Source of the DNA: Catajapyx aquilonaris | Taxonomy: Eukaryota | NCBI GenBank assembly: GCA_000934665.2 | Contig: KZ538416.1 | Location: 53,821 to 73,820 of the forward strand | DNA length: 20,000 nt | Direction: 5' to 3' | Shown: positions 11,001 through 19,845 of the stretch, piece by piece | Layout of the letters: every line of letters begins with the position of its first letter | How positions within the stretch are numbered: the stretch's first letter is position 1 | Made by a program: the position numbers and the translations under genes | Notes under the pieces: model-generated | Databases searched by the model: none | What the model saw: the letters and a program-made list of their open reading frames with translations, nothing else | Told to the model about the DNA's origin: nothing

Positions 11001-13498
11001 ACCAGATGGACCTGTAATGCAAGGGGGAAGCCTGCAAACGAAACAGCTAATATTTTCGATGGCGCCGAAGTGGGCAAATTTACACGTCGCTGCTACGTCA
11101 ATGGTAAAGCGCTTCTATTAATAGCCGTTATAAAACGACACTTGAAGTTGGTCCTCCCTGTATATGTGTTACAGGGTTGACATTTCTCAATAGGTTTGTT
11201 GACATTTTCCATTGTCATTTGCAACACATTGGTCCTACTGCGTGCCCACTCTGTTATGCAATGCTACACAGTGAGGGGAACTCCCTACCGAAAATCACGT
11301 AATTTTAAAACACTTCATTTGCCTGGAAAAGTCATTGCGAAAGGCGCCAGTTCTGGGAGAATCACCCTGTAGTGTTATGGCAATGACAGTTGGCTATTTG
11401 ACGACGTGACAATGGCAGTGTGCCTTTGTTCAGGACTCCCCTCATCAAAAAGACCATCCAGTCACATATGGAAGCAAGGAACGTTGGGCAGTGAGCAGTA
11501 ATCCAGTTTTGAAGGTGTCAAGAGTACAAAAATCCATTGCCGCATGAGTACTGTGTAAGAAAACTGCATGTCTTGGTCAGGTACTCAAGTGTTTAAGATT
11601 GGAGTGAGCCTCTCTGAGAGGGATGTCGTCTGGTGATTCCAGGCCAGGGCAAGCAAACCACTTATTCCAGACCTTAACAAAGACATGCAGTTTTCGTATA
11701 CGGTACTCCTCCGGCAATGGATTTCTGTACTCCCAACACCTTCCATGGTTAAAAACTGGATTACCGTTCGCTGCTTAATGTTCGTTGCTTCCATCTTTCA
11801 CTGGACAATATTTTTTACGTGGACTCCTGAACTGGCACTGTCATGTAATAAATGAAATAGCCACCTGTCATTATGTCGTAACACTACAGCAGTACCAGTT
11901 TGAATGACCTTATGTATAAATAGAATCTTAAAATTATGGTGCATGAGAGGTACGAGGGTTCATTCATAAGTCATGGCGCGTATTTTTAAATTCAAAAACG
12001 GTAACAAATTCAGAGATGACCTTTCCTGAATTTTGAAAGAGCCAGCGATTACAATTTTATCTGGCATATAGATGTCACCCACATTGCGAGGGAGGCAGGG
12101 AAACAAAAGGGGATCACGACCTCCCCACCGCACCATCGCCCTAAGAAGCCTGGCGTTCTTGGAGCTGTTGGACGCCGCATGCGGGACATTCCTTGATGGA
12201 CAATACAGGAGCTCGCTTTCGAGTGTGGACAAGTCAGAGCACTATGACCATCATCCATCGCCACAAACTGCTTGAAAAAACCATCGCCCTCAATGCGATA
12301 GAATTCCAAGGGAGGGCAAAATGGCGTCTCTTTTGCACCTCAAAGAGATGGCGAGGAACCAGTGAGGATGCCAACTTCCTGAGACGTTTTATTCTTTCAG
12401 AGTCCTAAGCATAGTGCGCTGACTTGTCCCACACTCGAAATCAAACTCCCGTGTTGTTCATCGCTGTTGTCATGCTCAGGCCATCTTAGGGCGATGGTGA
12501 GGTGGGGGGGTCGCATTCACCGGCGGATCCAGGAATTTTTTCTGGGGGGGGGCACAAGGGTATGGGTGGGGGGGGGGGNTTGGGGCCGCAACCGCAAAAC
12601 GGAAAAGAACCCATAGAACAGTGCAATTTTGCACTGTTCTAGAGGGTTTTTGCGAGTCCCCCCCCTCCCCGTTTTTTTCTTTTTCCCCGTTTTTTCCCTC
12701 TGTGGGACCTCTGGGGGGGGGCACGTGCCCCCGTGCCCCCCCCCTAAATCCGCCACTGGTCACATTCCCCCTTTGTTTCCCCACCCTCCTCGTGATATGG
12801 CGACATCTATATGACAGATAAAATTGTAATCGCCGGATCTTCAAAACTCAGCAAAGGTCATTTCTGTATCTGTTACCAAAAAAATACTTGCCATGACTTA
12901 TGAATCAACCCTCGTATTATGTTTTGCACTGGTTTCTTGTACTATTCAGACCCAACTGCCAGCATATTGGAGAGGTTGAAGAATGACTATGTATGCCCCT
13001 GGATTTTGTCTGTGTCCAAGAGCCATTTTGATGTGTTCGTATCCTGCGTGCTGCCCCACCCTCCGGAGTACGCAAGAGTCGGGGGTCACTGGGATACCAT
13101 GTCCACCCGCACTGTTCACCTGAAGGAGGGCTTCAACCGCATGTTTTGTCTTGTGCCCTACGAGATTATTTCCCTGGAGATCTGGACCTACATAATGCCT
13201 CATTGGATGGAGGCTGTTTCCAATGAAGTGCCAGAAGAAGAAATGCCTGAATTGAAAATTCTGCTCAGGTACCTGGCTACTGTTTTTTCATTTTGCAAAA
13301 AAAAATGTTCATAATATCCTAGATACTTGATCACCCATACGTATTATTGTTGATGGGCATATTATTAGTGTACCAAGGTTATTATAATTCAAGTTATAGC
13401 TCCAGCCCACCTTTACACTGATTGCATTTAGAAAGCATTCTGTTTTAGTTTCCTAAGCCTAAAAATTAAAATCATTTCAAACTTGCTCATGATTAATG

Positions 13499-13559
<61 letters not shown>

Positions 13560-16500
13560 TATAAGCTTTATTTAATATGGTCAGCCTGCAGCAACGGCCA
13601 CCCGGCCGACCAACACAAATACACTCATACAAGAAAAATCACATACTATACCACACAATATGTTAAGAAATTTTGTGTGTGTGTCATGTCCTCGTTCTCC
13701 TCCCAGGATCTACCCAACACTTTGTATCTCCATTTCTTGACCATTGCATGGAGGTATCGGCACAAGCCACCTCTCTTCCTAACATCAAGTAAAAATATAT
13801 ACAGCTCTTCTAAATCTGTCACTTCTTCAACTCTCTGGACCCATGCCCATCTCTCTCTATACATGGCCCTGCAATCCCTCATTATACGAGGGTTGATTCA
13901 TAAGTCATGGGGCGTATTTTTTTATTCAAAAATGGTGACATATACAAAGATGACCTTTGCCGAGTTTTATCTGGCACATCGATGTCCCCCATATTGCAAG
14001 GGGGGTGGGGAAACAAAGGGGGAAATGTGACCCCCCCACCGCACCATTGCCCTAAGATGGCCCGAGCCTGACGTGCTTGGAGCTCTTGGACGTTGCATGC
14101 TGGACACTCGGCGATGGACTACATGGGAGATTGATTTCGAGTGTGGGACAAGTCAGAGCACTATGCTTAGGACTCTGAAAGACTGAAAGGTCTCAGGAAG
14201 TTGGCATCCTCACTGGTTCCTCGCCATCTCTTTGAGGTGCAAGAGAGACGCCATTTTGCCCTCACTGGGAACTCTTATCGCATTGAGGGCGATGGTTTTT
14301 TCAAACAGTTTGTGGCAATGGAGCATACATGGCTATGGTCATAGTGCTCTGACTTGTCCCACACTCGAAAGCAAGCTCCTGTGTTGTCCATCTCCAAGTG
14401 TCCCGTATGAAGCGTTCAACAGCTCCAAGCGTGGCAGGCTCGGGCCATCTTAGGGCAATGGTGCAGTGAGGGGTCACGATCCCCTTTTGTTTTCTGCCCC
14501 CCTTACGATATGGGCGACATCTATAGACCAGATAAAATTGTAATCGCCAGATCTTCAAAACTCAGCAAAGGTCATCTCTGTATGTGTTACCGTTTTAGAA
14601 TAAAAAAATACGCTCCATGACTTATGAATCAACCCTCATGTGCATCAGACTCTCCTCATCCTCTCCACACAAGTAACATTTTCTTTCCTTGTCCCCTAGC
14701 CACCTCCAATTGCTTCTGGTTAGCATTCTACATCTGAGCTTTGCCAGGACCTTGAGGAATTTCACATTATCCCTTTGATTAATGTCTGGAACCCTATCAG
14801 TAATATGAAGGTTAACTGACTTTACACTGTCAGATATTTACATTGGGAGTTCAGTAGGATTTCAAAAACTACAGTAGAAGGGAAATTAGTGTTGTCCTGA
14901 CTTATTTGAACTGGATAGAATTTGGAGTTACTGTTAGCATAGCATGTCTGCTTGTTATAGTGTCTGATACCATCTGTTGAAAGTGCAGATTTCTGGTCCC
15001 AAACCAGGTTATAATTAAGCAAGTGAACTGTGTGATATCCTTAAAATTTCTTTTTTAAGCTAAATTTCTCATTCCCTTTGTGATGAATTCTATTTGCAGC
15101 AAAGTGATGGATCCCGATATGAACCCCCTTGGATTTGATGCTCGCCAGATGTATCAGTTCATATCTTTGCGGTTCAAGCAGGGATCATACAAAGTCCAGG
15201 AACAAGCTCTTAAGTGGCTTCAAATACTGAGCATTCTCCAGGTGATGGTTCCTCTGGATCTTCTCTTCTCCATGTTCCAAGAGGGAATGAGGGTGGCAAT
15301 GAAAAGTGGGGAAAAAGGAAAACAGGGAGGCAAAACTGCCAGCAAGAGGGGGAGTGTGCAAGTAGATGAACACACCCAATTTGTTGGCAAGTATTGTTGA
15401 GGCACCTTATTTTGTGTTACTCATTATGCATCACTTATTTGGTACTATCGCATTGCTTTGTTGTGAATGTAATGAGAATTTCTTGATAGTGAGTTATTCT
15501 GCAGTGTCTGGGAGGGTCCATATACTTTTACCTGAAAGTTTAAAAAATATTATTATTATCTGCTTTTGTTCCAGCTGCCATCTGCCAGGAGGACTCCCGA
15601 TCATCTTCTCCTCTGTCAGATGAAAGTAGCACTGGCAGCAGTGGTGCCCATCAGCATCATTCTGCTTCGGGAGAGAGCTCCTGTGATCCTATGCTTCCGT
15701 GCTTCCTTCTGATGTTGGATGTTCTTCTTCGCCAGCTTGATTTACAGGAGTCTGATGAGCACTCAGAGCTTGTCACTTCCTCATTCACGCAGACTGCCAT
15801 CTTGTTCCTCAGGGACATGGTGTCCCAGCCATGGAAAGGGACCCACACATGCAAGGATTCTCTTGGTGAGGAGTGCCTCTTCTGCGACAGCTGTGTTCTC
15901 TGGTACCAGCTGGCCTTGCAGGTTATAGAGGATTTTAGCCCACCTCTGTCAAGGATGCAACCTGAAGCAGATTCAAGGGATGATGATTCAGATGGGAAGG
16001 CTGCTGTTGTGTCACCTGAGTCAGAGAAGAAGGCAGAGCTTGCTAAATCAGAGGTTTGTGTCATAAATAAAATTGATTCCTCAAGGAGAGGTAACACCTA
16101 ATTCTTCCTTTACTTTGCATTACGTGGTGATTTAAATTCATTATCTGGTACAGTGAGAAGTATTTTGTACTGATGTGCTTGTTCTTGGTCAGTAAATTTT
16201 AAGATCCAATAGAAGTAAAAAAATGCAGGTGTGAGAAATGTTGAGGGACCAACCTTTAATGAGGTAGACATCCAGAGATTCCAGACATATTTGCCTTCTT
16301 ATAGATGCATGCAGCAACACGTTGCACCTTTTTGTAGGAAGATTGCATGGGAGATTGATCTGTGCACTTACAGTGGTTGCCTAGGGAGCAGGATACCAGA
16401 GTGACATTGATTTTGCAAAGTCACTCATTCACACAAATCATGCCTAAGAGTAACCATTAAATTTTGCAAAAAAAAAAAAAAAAAAGTTCAAATTTTTCAT

Positions 16501-17790
16501 TGCTGTATGTACTACAAGGAAATGGGAAAGTTGGTTGTGCTGACTGAAACATTTTCCCTGCAAGACTTGGGTAATTGTTATATTCATAAATTCAGTTTTA
16601 TAGATAGCTTGTCAGCCTTTCCAAATGAATTTGTGTATTACTTCCAGTATTTGCAAAATCTTTTCATGTGTCATTGAGGAGATATTCAATTCAGTTTTCC
16701 ATAACTCTTGCTCAGGTATCAGTTTCCATGTCTTCCCCAAAGTCGGACCTGATAGCAAGCGTCGGTGGAGTTTTGGCCAACATGCCCCAGATAATGACTG
16801 CCACTGTGGAGACTGTTTCTGAGCTGGACCTGGCCCCAATCATGCCCACAGAAAAGGTGGTGAAGGCTGTGGCTAGGGCAGTCACCATCACTGAGGCGGA
16901 CACTGCAACTGCCACAGCCACTGCTGCAGACACTCCACAAGTGGCCAGTGCAGTAGCTGGAGAAGATGGAGGAGGGGACAGAGAAGGTGATGACTCGAAT
17001 GGTGATTCTCAGGAGGACTCCTCCAGGGGCTTCTGGCAGACCAGTGTGGGAAGATTTAAGTTCAGTATTGAGCAGCTACCTCCAGAGCTTCAGTTTTCAT
17101 ATGAGCTGCTGAAGGTTAGTTTTAACATGTTGTGCTGTTGATAGGTTGGTGAAAAGTTTATCAAAATTTAGGAGATGTCTGAAATGGAACTTATGCTAAT
17201 ACTCCATTTTGGCAATAATTTTTTGTGAGAATCTCGAACCAATCTGTCTTACAAGTAGTTGCATTTTACATATTGTCAGAAATGTAAGTTGAGTAGTATG
17301 TATTTCTAATCCTCACCTGCTTAGGCAGGCTTAAACACAAATTAAGAAACATGAAGATTAGAAGTGAGCACATTCCATGGATTTAATTTAGAACTGATTA
17401 TGCTTTCAGAAAATTCCTGATATTGAAGATTCTGAGTTACTCTATCACCTCCTGAAGTGCCTCAGGATCCTCTTCCTCACGGGCGAGGTCCTGACCAAGG
17501 CTGCTAAGGACCACCGAGGTTTCCTTATCTGGAGCCAGGAGAACCTGCTAATAAAGAAGTCAGGCACTGTTCATAATATGTTTAACTTGTTGTTTGATTA
17601 ATTATAATGTTATCAATCATTCTGGTTTTTAGTTTGTGGAGTTTGATGGAGGCTGAGTACTCCCATATATGTGAGGTGGCTGTTCCGATTCTTCTTCACT
17701 GCGTTACTCTCCCTGCTGGAGCAGATATGTTCTGGAAGGTTGTGGAGGAGGACTTTCACAGCAGTGACTGGAAAGTTCGCTTTCAAGCAG
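5022..17790 (+). CDS. unc-79: unc-79 homolog (NALCN channelosome subunit), spliced span of coding exons 1-11; 3' part lies beyond the window
   Basis: Join 5022-5043,5624-6076,6143-6235,7887-8388,8737-9146,12950-13268,15100-15386,15575-16053,16716-17114,17410-17558,17633-17790 = 3271 nt with all phases consistent. Motifs MGTRAAAFTAKIR, FSQTLL, PPPLYAC, ARVGGHWD, FWQTSVGRFKF and WKVRFQA match recalled UNC79 sequences. Confidence 0.95.
5347..5574. mobile_element. hAT MITE in unc-79 intron 1
   Basis: TIRs CAGTGGTTTTCAACCT / AGGTTGGAAACCACTG. Perfect 8-bp TSD GTTTAATA. Repeated GCGACC subterminal motifs; spans an N gap. Confidence 0.9.
5624..6076 (+). CDS. unc-79: unc-79 exon 2
   Basis: Acceptor tttttcag; (F)TAKIRNLNDFHLRLLHNIVPLPSGQDIANTLKHFSQTLL...RLLPVTL; donor T|GTATGT. 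Confidence 0.93.
6143..6235 (+). CDS. unc-79: unc-79 exon 3
   Basis: Follows a 66-nt intron. Acceptor cctacag; (C)MEEGETEADNYASQSTSAVLMMVLQYSDKT; donor G|GTCAGT. Confidence 0.88.
6664..7002 (-). mobile_element. Full-length tRNA-derived SINE (339 bp)
   Basis: Minus strand starts GGGGAGGTGCGGTGGCTGAGACGG (A box), has B box GGTTCGATCCC and an A-rich tail. Perfect 13-bp TSD GAAGTACATTATT (6651-6663, 7003-7015). Confidence 0.9.
7213..7589. mobile_element. Tc1/mariner-type MITE with ~100-bp TIRs
   Basis: TA|CAGGGTGTTTGTTACTAGTCCAGCATGC ... GCATGCTGGACTAGTAAGAAACACCCTG|TA. Confidence 0.9.
7777..7834. mobile_element. 58-bp Tc1/mariner-type micro-MITE (hairpin)
   Basis: TA|CACGGTGATCAAACTTTTTTGTC, 12-nt loop, GACAAAAATGTTTGATCACCCTG|TA. 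23-bp arms with 2 mismatches. Confidence 0.75.
7887..8388 (+). CDS. unc-79: unc-79 exon 4 (Cys-rich region)
   Basis: Acceptor ttccag; (E)FHCQLTECLM...PPPLYACQEC...NRPI; donor AG|GTGGGT. Confidence 0.94.
8737..9146 (+). CDS. unc-79: unc-79 exon 5
   Basis: Acceptor ccacag; (R)YCSQCHALRHNNRRGGDH...LLGRYGIWLLVGLC...FNATAYQAN; donor G|GTAGGT. Confidence 0.92.
9217..9464. mobile_element. Sola-like MITE (248 bp)
   Basis: TIRs GAGGCGCTCAGAGGAAAAACGGCATATCCCAAC / GTTGGGATATCCCGTTTTTTCTCTGAGCGCCTC. 4-bp TSD AAAT and GAG..CTC termini. Confidence 0.75.
10161..10351 (+). mobile_element. Short tRNA-derived SINE (~190 bp)
   Basis: Starts GGGGAGGCGGAGTGGTGCTGCAG; B-box-like TGTTCGATCCC. 13-bp TSD TGTTCGCTTCACT / TGTTCACTTCACT (10148-10160, 10352-10364). 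The 3' end carries a duplicated AATGACATT. Confidence 0.7.
10799..11136. mobile_element. Unclassified palindromic MITE (~93-bp inverted arms)
   Basis: GTTTTATAACGG...GACGTAGCAGCGACGTGTAAA...CACTTCGGCGCCATCGAAAATATTAGCTG is mirrored at ~11044-11136. Exact ends and TSD are unclear. Confidence 0.75.
11367..11914. mobile_element. Degenerate mariner-derived foldback element
   Basis: Diverged inverted arms of ~220 bp or more. Minus-strand ORF 11794-11585 (MEATNIKQRTVIQFLTMEGVGSTEIHCRRSTVYENCMS) resembles a mariner transposase N-terminus. Right end TTTGAATGACCTTATG|TA. Confidence 0.7.
11953..12914 (-). mobile_element. Mariner-derived MITE, copy A (contains a nested hAT MITE)
   Basis: TA|CGAGGGTTCATTCATAAGTCATGG ... 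CCATGACTTATGAATCAACCCTCG|TA with ~290-bp inverted arms. The core carries minus-strand transposase relics (LRKLASSLVPRHL; EGDGFFKQFVAMD). Confidence 0.9.
12518..12758. mobile_element. hAT MITE nested in mariner MITE copy A
   Basis: TIRs CACCGGCGGATCCAG / CTAAATCCGCCACTG. 8-bp TSD GTCGCATT / GTCACATT. Absent from the equivalent site of the other arms. Confidence 0.85.
12950..13268 (+). CDS. unc-79: unc-79 exon 6
   Basis: Acceptor tattcag; (D)PTASILERLK...PHPPEYARVGGHWD...PELKILL; donor AG|GTACCT. Confidence 0.93.
13499..13559 (+). repeat. (TCA)~20 microsatellite; 3' tail of the adjacent LINE
   Basis: Perfect trinucleotide run, read directly. Confidence 0.97.
13501..14775 (-). mobile_element. 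5'-truncated non-LTR retrotransposon (LINE) 3' end, interrupted by mariner MITE copy B
   Basis: 11-bp TSD TGATTAATGTC (13490-13500, 14776-14786). Removing the MITE restores VLAKLRCRMLTRSNWRWLGDKERKCYLCGEDEESLMHIMRDC (CX2CX8HX4C knuckle). AATAAA precedes an (ATG)n tail on the minus strand. Confidence 0.85.
13887..14638 (+). mobile_element. Mariner-derived MITE, copy B (opposite orientation to copy A)
   Basis: TA|CGAGGGTTGATTCATAAGTCATGG ... CCATGACTTATGAATCAACCCTCA. The core is the reverse complement of copy A's core and reads GLRKLASSLVPRHLFEVQERR and EGDGFFKQFVAMEHTWLW on the plus strand. Confidence 0.9.
15100..15386 (+). CDS. unc-79: unc-79 exon 7 (probable GC donor)
   Basis: Acceptor tttgcag; (S)KVMDPDMNPLGF...VQEQALKWLQILS...HTQFV. 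The best phase-1 donor is G|GCAAGT at 15387, so the 3' boundary is less certain. Confidence 0.85.
15575..16053 (+). CDS. unc-79: unc-79 exon 8
   Basis: Acceptor tgcttttgttccag; (A)AICQEDSRSSSP...CFLLMLDVLLRQLDLQE...WYQLALQVIE...KSE; donor GAG|GTTTGT. Confidence 0.87.
16168..16260. mobile_element. Degenerate relic of the 7213-7589 MITE terminal repeat
   Basis: GAGAAATGTTGAGGGACCAACCTTTAAT vs GAGAAATGTCGAGGGAGCAACCTTTAAT in the intact copy. Confidence 0.5.
16716..17114 (+). CDS. unc-79: unc-79 exon 9
   Basis: Acceptor cttgctcag; VSVSMSSP...SVGGVLANMPQIMTATVETVSE...FWQTSVGRFKFSIEQLP...LLK; donor AAG|GTTAGT. Confidence 0.88.
17410..17558 (+). CDS. unc-79: unc-79 exon 10 (absent from the ORF track)
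   Basis: Acceptor gctttcag; KIPDIEDSELLYHLLKCLRILFLTGEVLTKAAKDHRGFLIWSQENLLIK; donor AA|GTCAGG. Confidence 0.9.
17633..17790 (+). CDS. unc-79: unc-79 exon 11
   Basis: Acceptor tttttag; (N)LWSLMEAEYSHICEVAVPILLHCVTLPAGADMFWKVVEEDFHSSDWKVRFQA; donor G|GTCTGC. Confidence 0.9.
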
Positions 17791-17830
17791 GTCTGCATTC
17801 AAGTAGTGATGAGTACTGACTAAAAATTAA

Positions 17831-17961
17831 GGGTGGAATTTTTCTCCCACTGCTAGTTACTGCTAACTTAGTACTGGGGGGGGGGGGNNNNNNNNNNNTT
17901 GGCATTGGTACTGCTAAGTTAGAAGTATCTAGATTCTAGCACTAGGACGAAAATTCAACAC
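17831..17961. mobile_element. Possible Harbinger-like MITE spanning an assembly gap
   Basis: TAA|GGGTGGAATTTTTCTCC ... GGACGAAAATTCAACAC|TAA, with imperfect TIRs. Confidence 0.4.
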
Positions 17962-18619
17962 TAACGCTCTATATTTTTATTTTATTTTTTGCATTTTTCA
18001 ATCAATCAGTATTTTCATTCACAATATCAGGATTAACTTGTGAATGAATTTTGATCCTGTATTGCTGCAGCTGTGATTGGCTGACACAGCCCTATGACAC
18101 TCCTCGAATATATGGTAGTGTAAAATCTGCGTCCCATGGTTCGGTGAGCCGCCACCTTGTTCAAGGTGCAACTCCGGTGGTAGGTAGCGGGTAGTTTGCC
18201 ATGATTGGCTCTATCTTTCTTTCGTTCCGCAGACTTACCACTTGAGTGCACCTTGAAAAGGATGGCGGATAGCGAATGATGTATCGCCGCCAGCGCCAAA
18301 ATTCGGGCCTGGCGGAGACGCGCGAATTAAACTACCATATCCATACAGCTAGGGGGGAAGTGACAGGGGGCTGGGCTGTCAGAAGCCAGTCACCTTGTTT
18401 TCTGAAAACAGTTTTTGAAACATAATGTATTATAGAAGGTCAGGAAAGTCCTGAGATCAAATTGTTTAAGTGTGCTAGCAGAGTTGAGGAGTCCACTTCG
18501 AAAACTGGTTGTAAAATGAGCAAAAACTGCTGATTACTTAACTCTCACTGGTACAATCTTGAAGCGTTTTACTTTCATATGTTGCTGCAGTTCAGCTACA
18601 TACGCAAATGTGCAATTAA

Positions 18620-19460
18620 CCCTAATAAGACGGGTGGTTTGTCGCGTTTTTGCAAGGATCTGCCAAAAATTCGCTTGCTCTGGGACTTGGGGGGACGAGA
18701 CTTGAAAACACTAGTGAATAAGATCATATGGTGTCCAGGCTTGATCCTGAGGCCATCTATGTGACCCTCCTCTCATGCAATACGGAGGGGTAAATTCTTA
18801 TACGCACAAAAGGTGGCGCAGGGGTATGTTTCGCGCCTACTCCAATTTTTTGTCACTCTGCCTGCTTGACAAAACATTATCGGTATGTAGCCTTGGCACC
18901 GCTGAACAAAGCAGTACATAAGCACATAGCATGAATTACGGCACAGGCCTGCCAAGAGAGCTGTGTTGATAAACACACAACCCCTCACAAACGTAAACAT
19001 CACAGCAGTTCATAAACAGCGCCAGGCATGCGCCCTGCATCAAGACGTAGCCTGGCCAGGAGTTGCGCAGAAGCCCGCCAGCCGCTAATTGGCATTTACG
19101 AACATTATTTATTTATTTTAAAACTATTGAATCATCTTTTGCACTAATTTTAGGGTGGAATCTCTTGAGGAGGTTTGGGGGCAACTATGTATGCCCAAAA
19201 TTTGCCAGTCAAGGCCGTATATTTTTTTTTGTTGAAGTTTTTTTCAGCGGCCGCAAAAAGATGATTTCATTCAAGTTAATCTGGTTAATCCAGTTTATTT
19301 ATGCACGATTTTGTAGTCCAAAACTCGCGATTTTTTACGCGAGAGAAAATTTAAAAAGCCACACAGAAACCACGTTACATAGTGGGAAAACGCTATAGTT
19401 TCGCCAGCAAAATTTTTTAAAGCCACCATATCAGCATATGATACGCCCGTCTTATTATGG
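18620..19460. mobile_element. Non-autonomous piggyBac element (841 bp)
   Basis: TTAA|CCCTAATAAGACGGG ... CCCGTCTTATTATGG|TTAA. 15-bp TIR with one mismatch; no transposase ORF. Confidence 0.85.
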
Positions 19461-19772
19461 TTAATACCCAATGACATTAAAATACATAATTGCTGCTTGA
19501 ATTTTTGTTAGACCCCCCCATCATTGGCCTTGGCTGTTTTTGATCTGGGACCCCTCAGTTATGGAAAAGACAACTATATTGGAGTAATGAGCCATGATTT
19601 AGGGAGATGTTTTAAATTGGCCCATGGACTTCCTAGAAATGTTTTTGTTGTATCTGTAAAACTATTCCAATATAATGTTTCTGTTGGAATGTTGTGTTTG
19701 ATTATATTATTAATTATATCAACAATGTACTGCACTATATTGTTATTTTTTTTGACGTGAATATGTCTTTAA

Positions 19773-19845
19773 CCCTTAACTACGTAGGTGGGTGAAACAC
19801 CTTTAACTACGTAGGTGGGCGAAACACCTTTAACTACGTAGGTGG
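19773..19845 (+). repeat. 27-bp tandem repeat x2.7, probably the reiterated left end of a piggyBac-like element
   Basis: TTAA|CCCTTAACTACGTAGGTGGGTGAAACA, CCTTTAACTACGTAGGTGGGCGAAACA, CCTTTAACTACGTAGGTGG. Confidence 0.8.

Noticed and set aside
15657..16097. 146-aa antisense ORF (also 16712-16933, 8714-8989 and similar)
   Set aside because: Shadow ORFs opposite true unc-79 exons, with no independent evidence.
18033..18400. CpG-rich patch with an 88-aa minus-strand ORF
   Set aside because: No recognisable protein motif and no definable TIR/TSD. Probably a TE interior, but I cannot support a call.
18579..18764. Candidate unc-79 exon 12 after ttgctgcag (18590)
   Set aside because: In the required phase it hits TAA after 8 codons and shows no UNC79 similarity. 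Exon 12 is presumably beyond the window.
19773..19845. CRISPR-like array
   Set aside because: Units are contiguous near-identical repeats with no unique spacers, there are no cas genes, and the context is eukaryotic.
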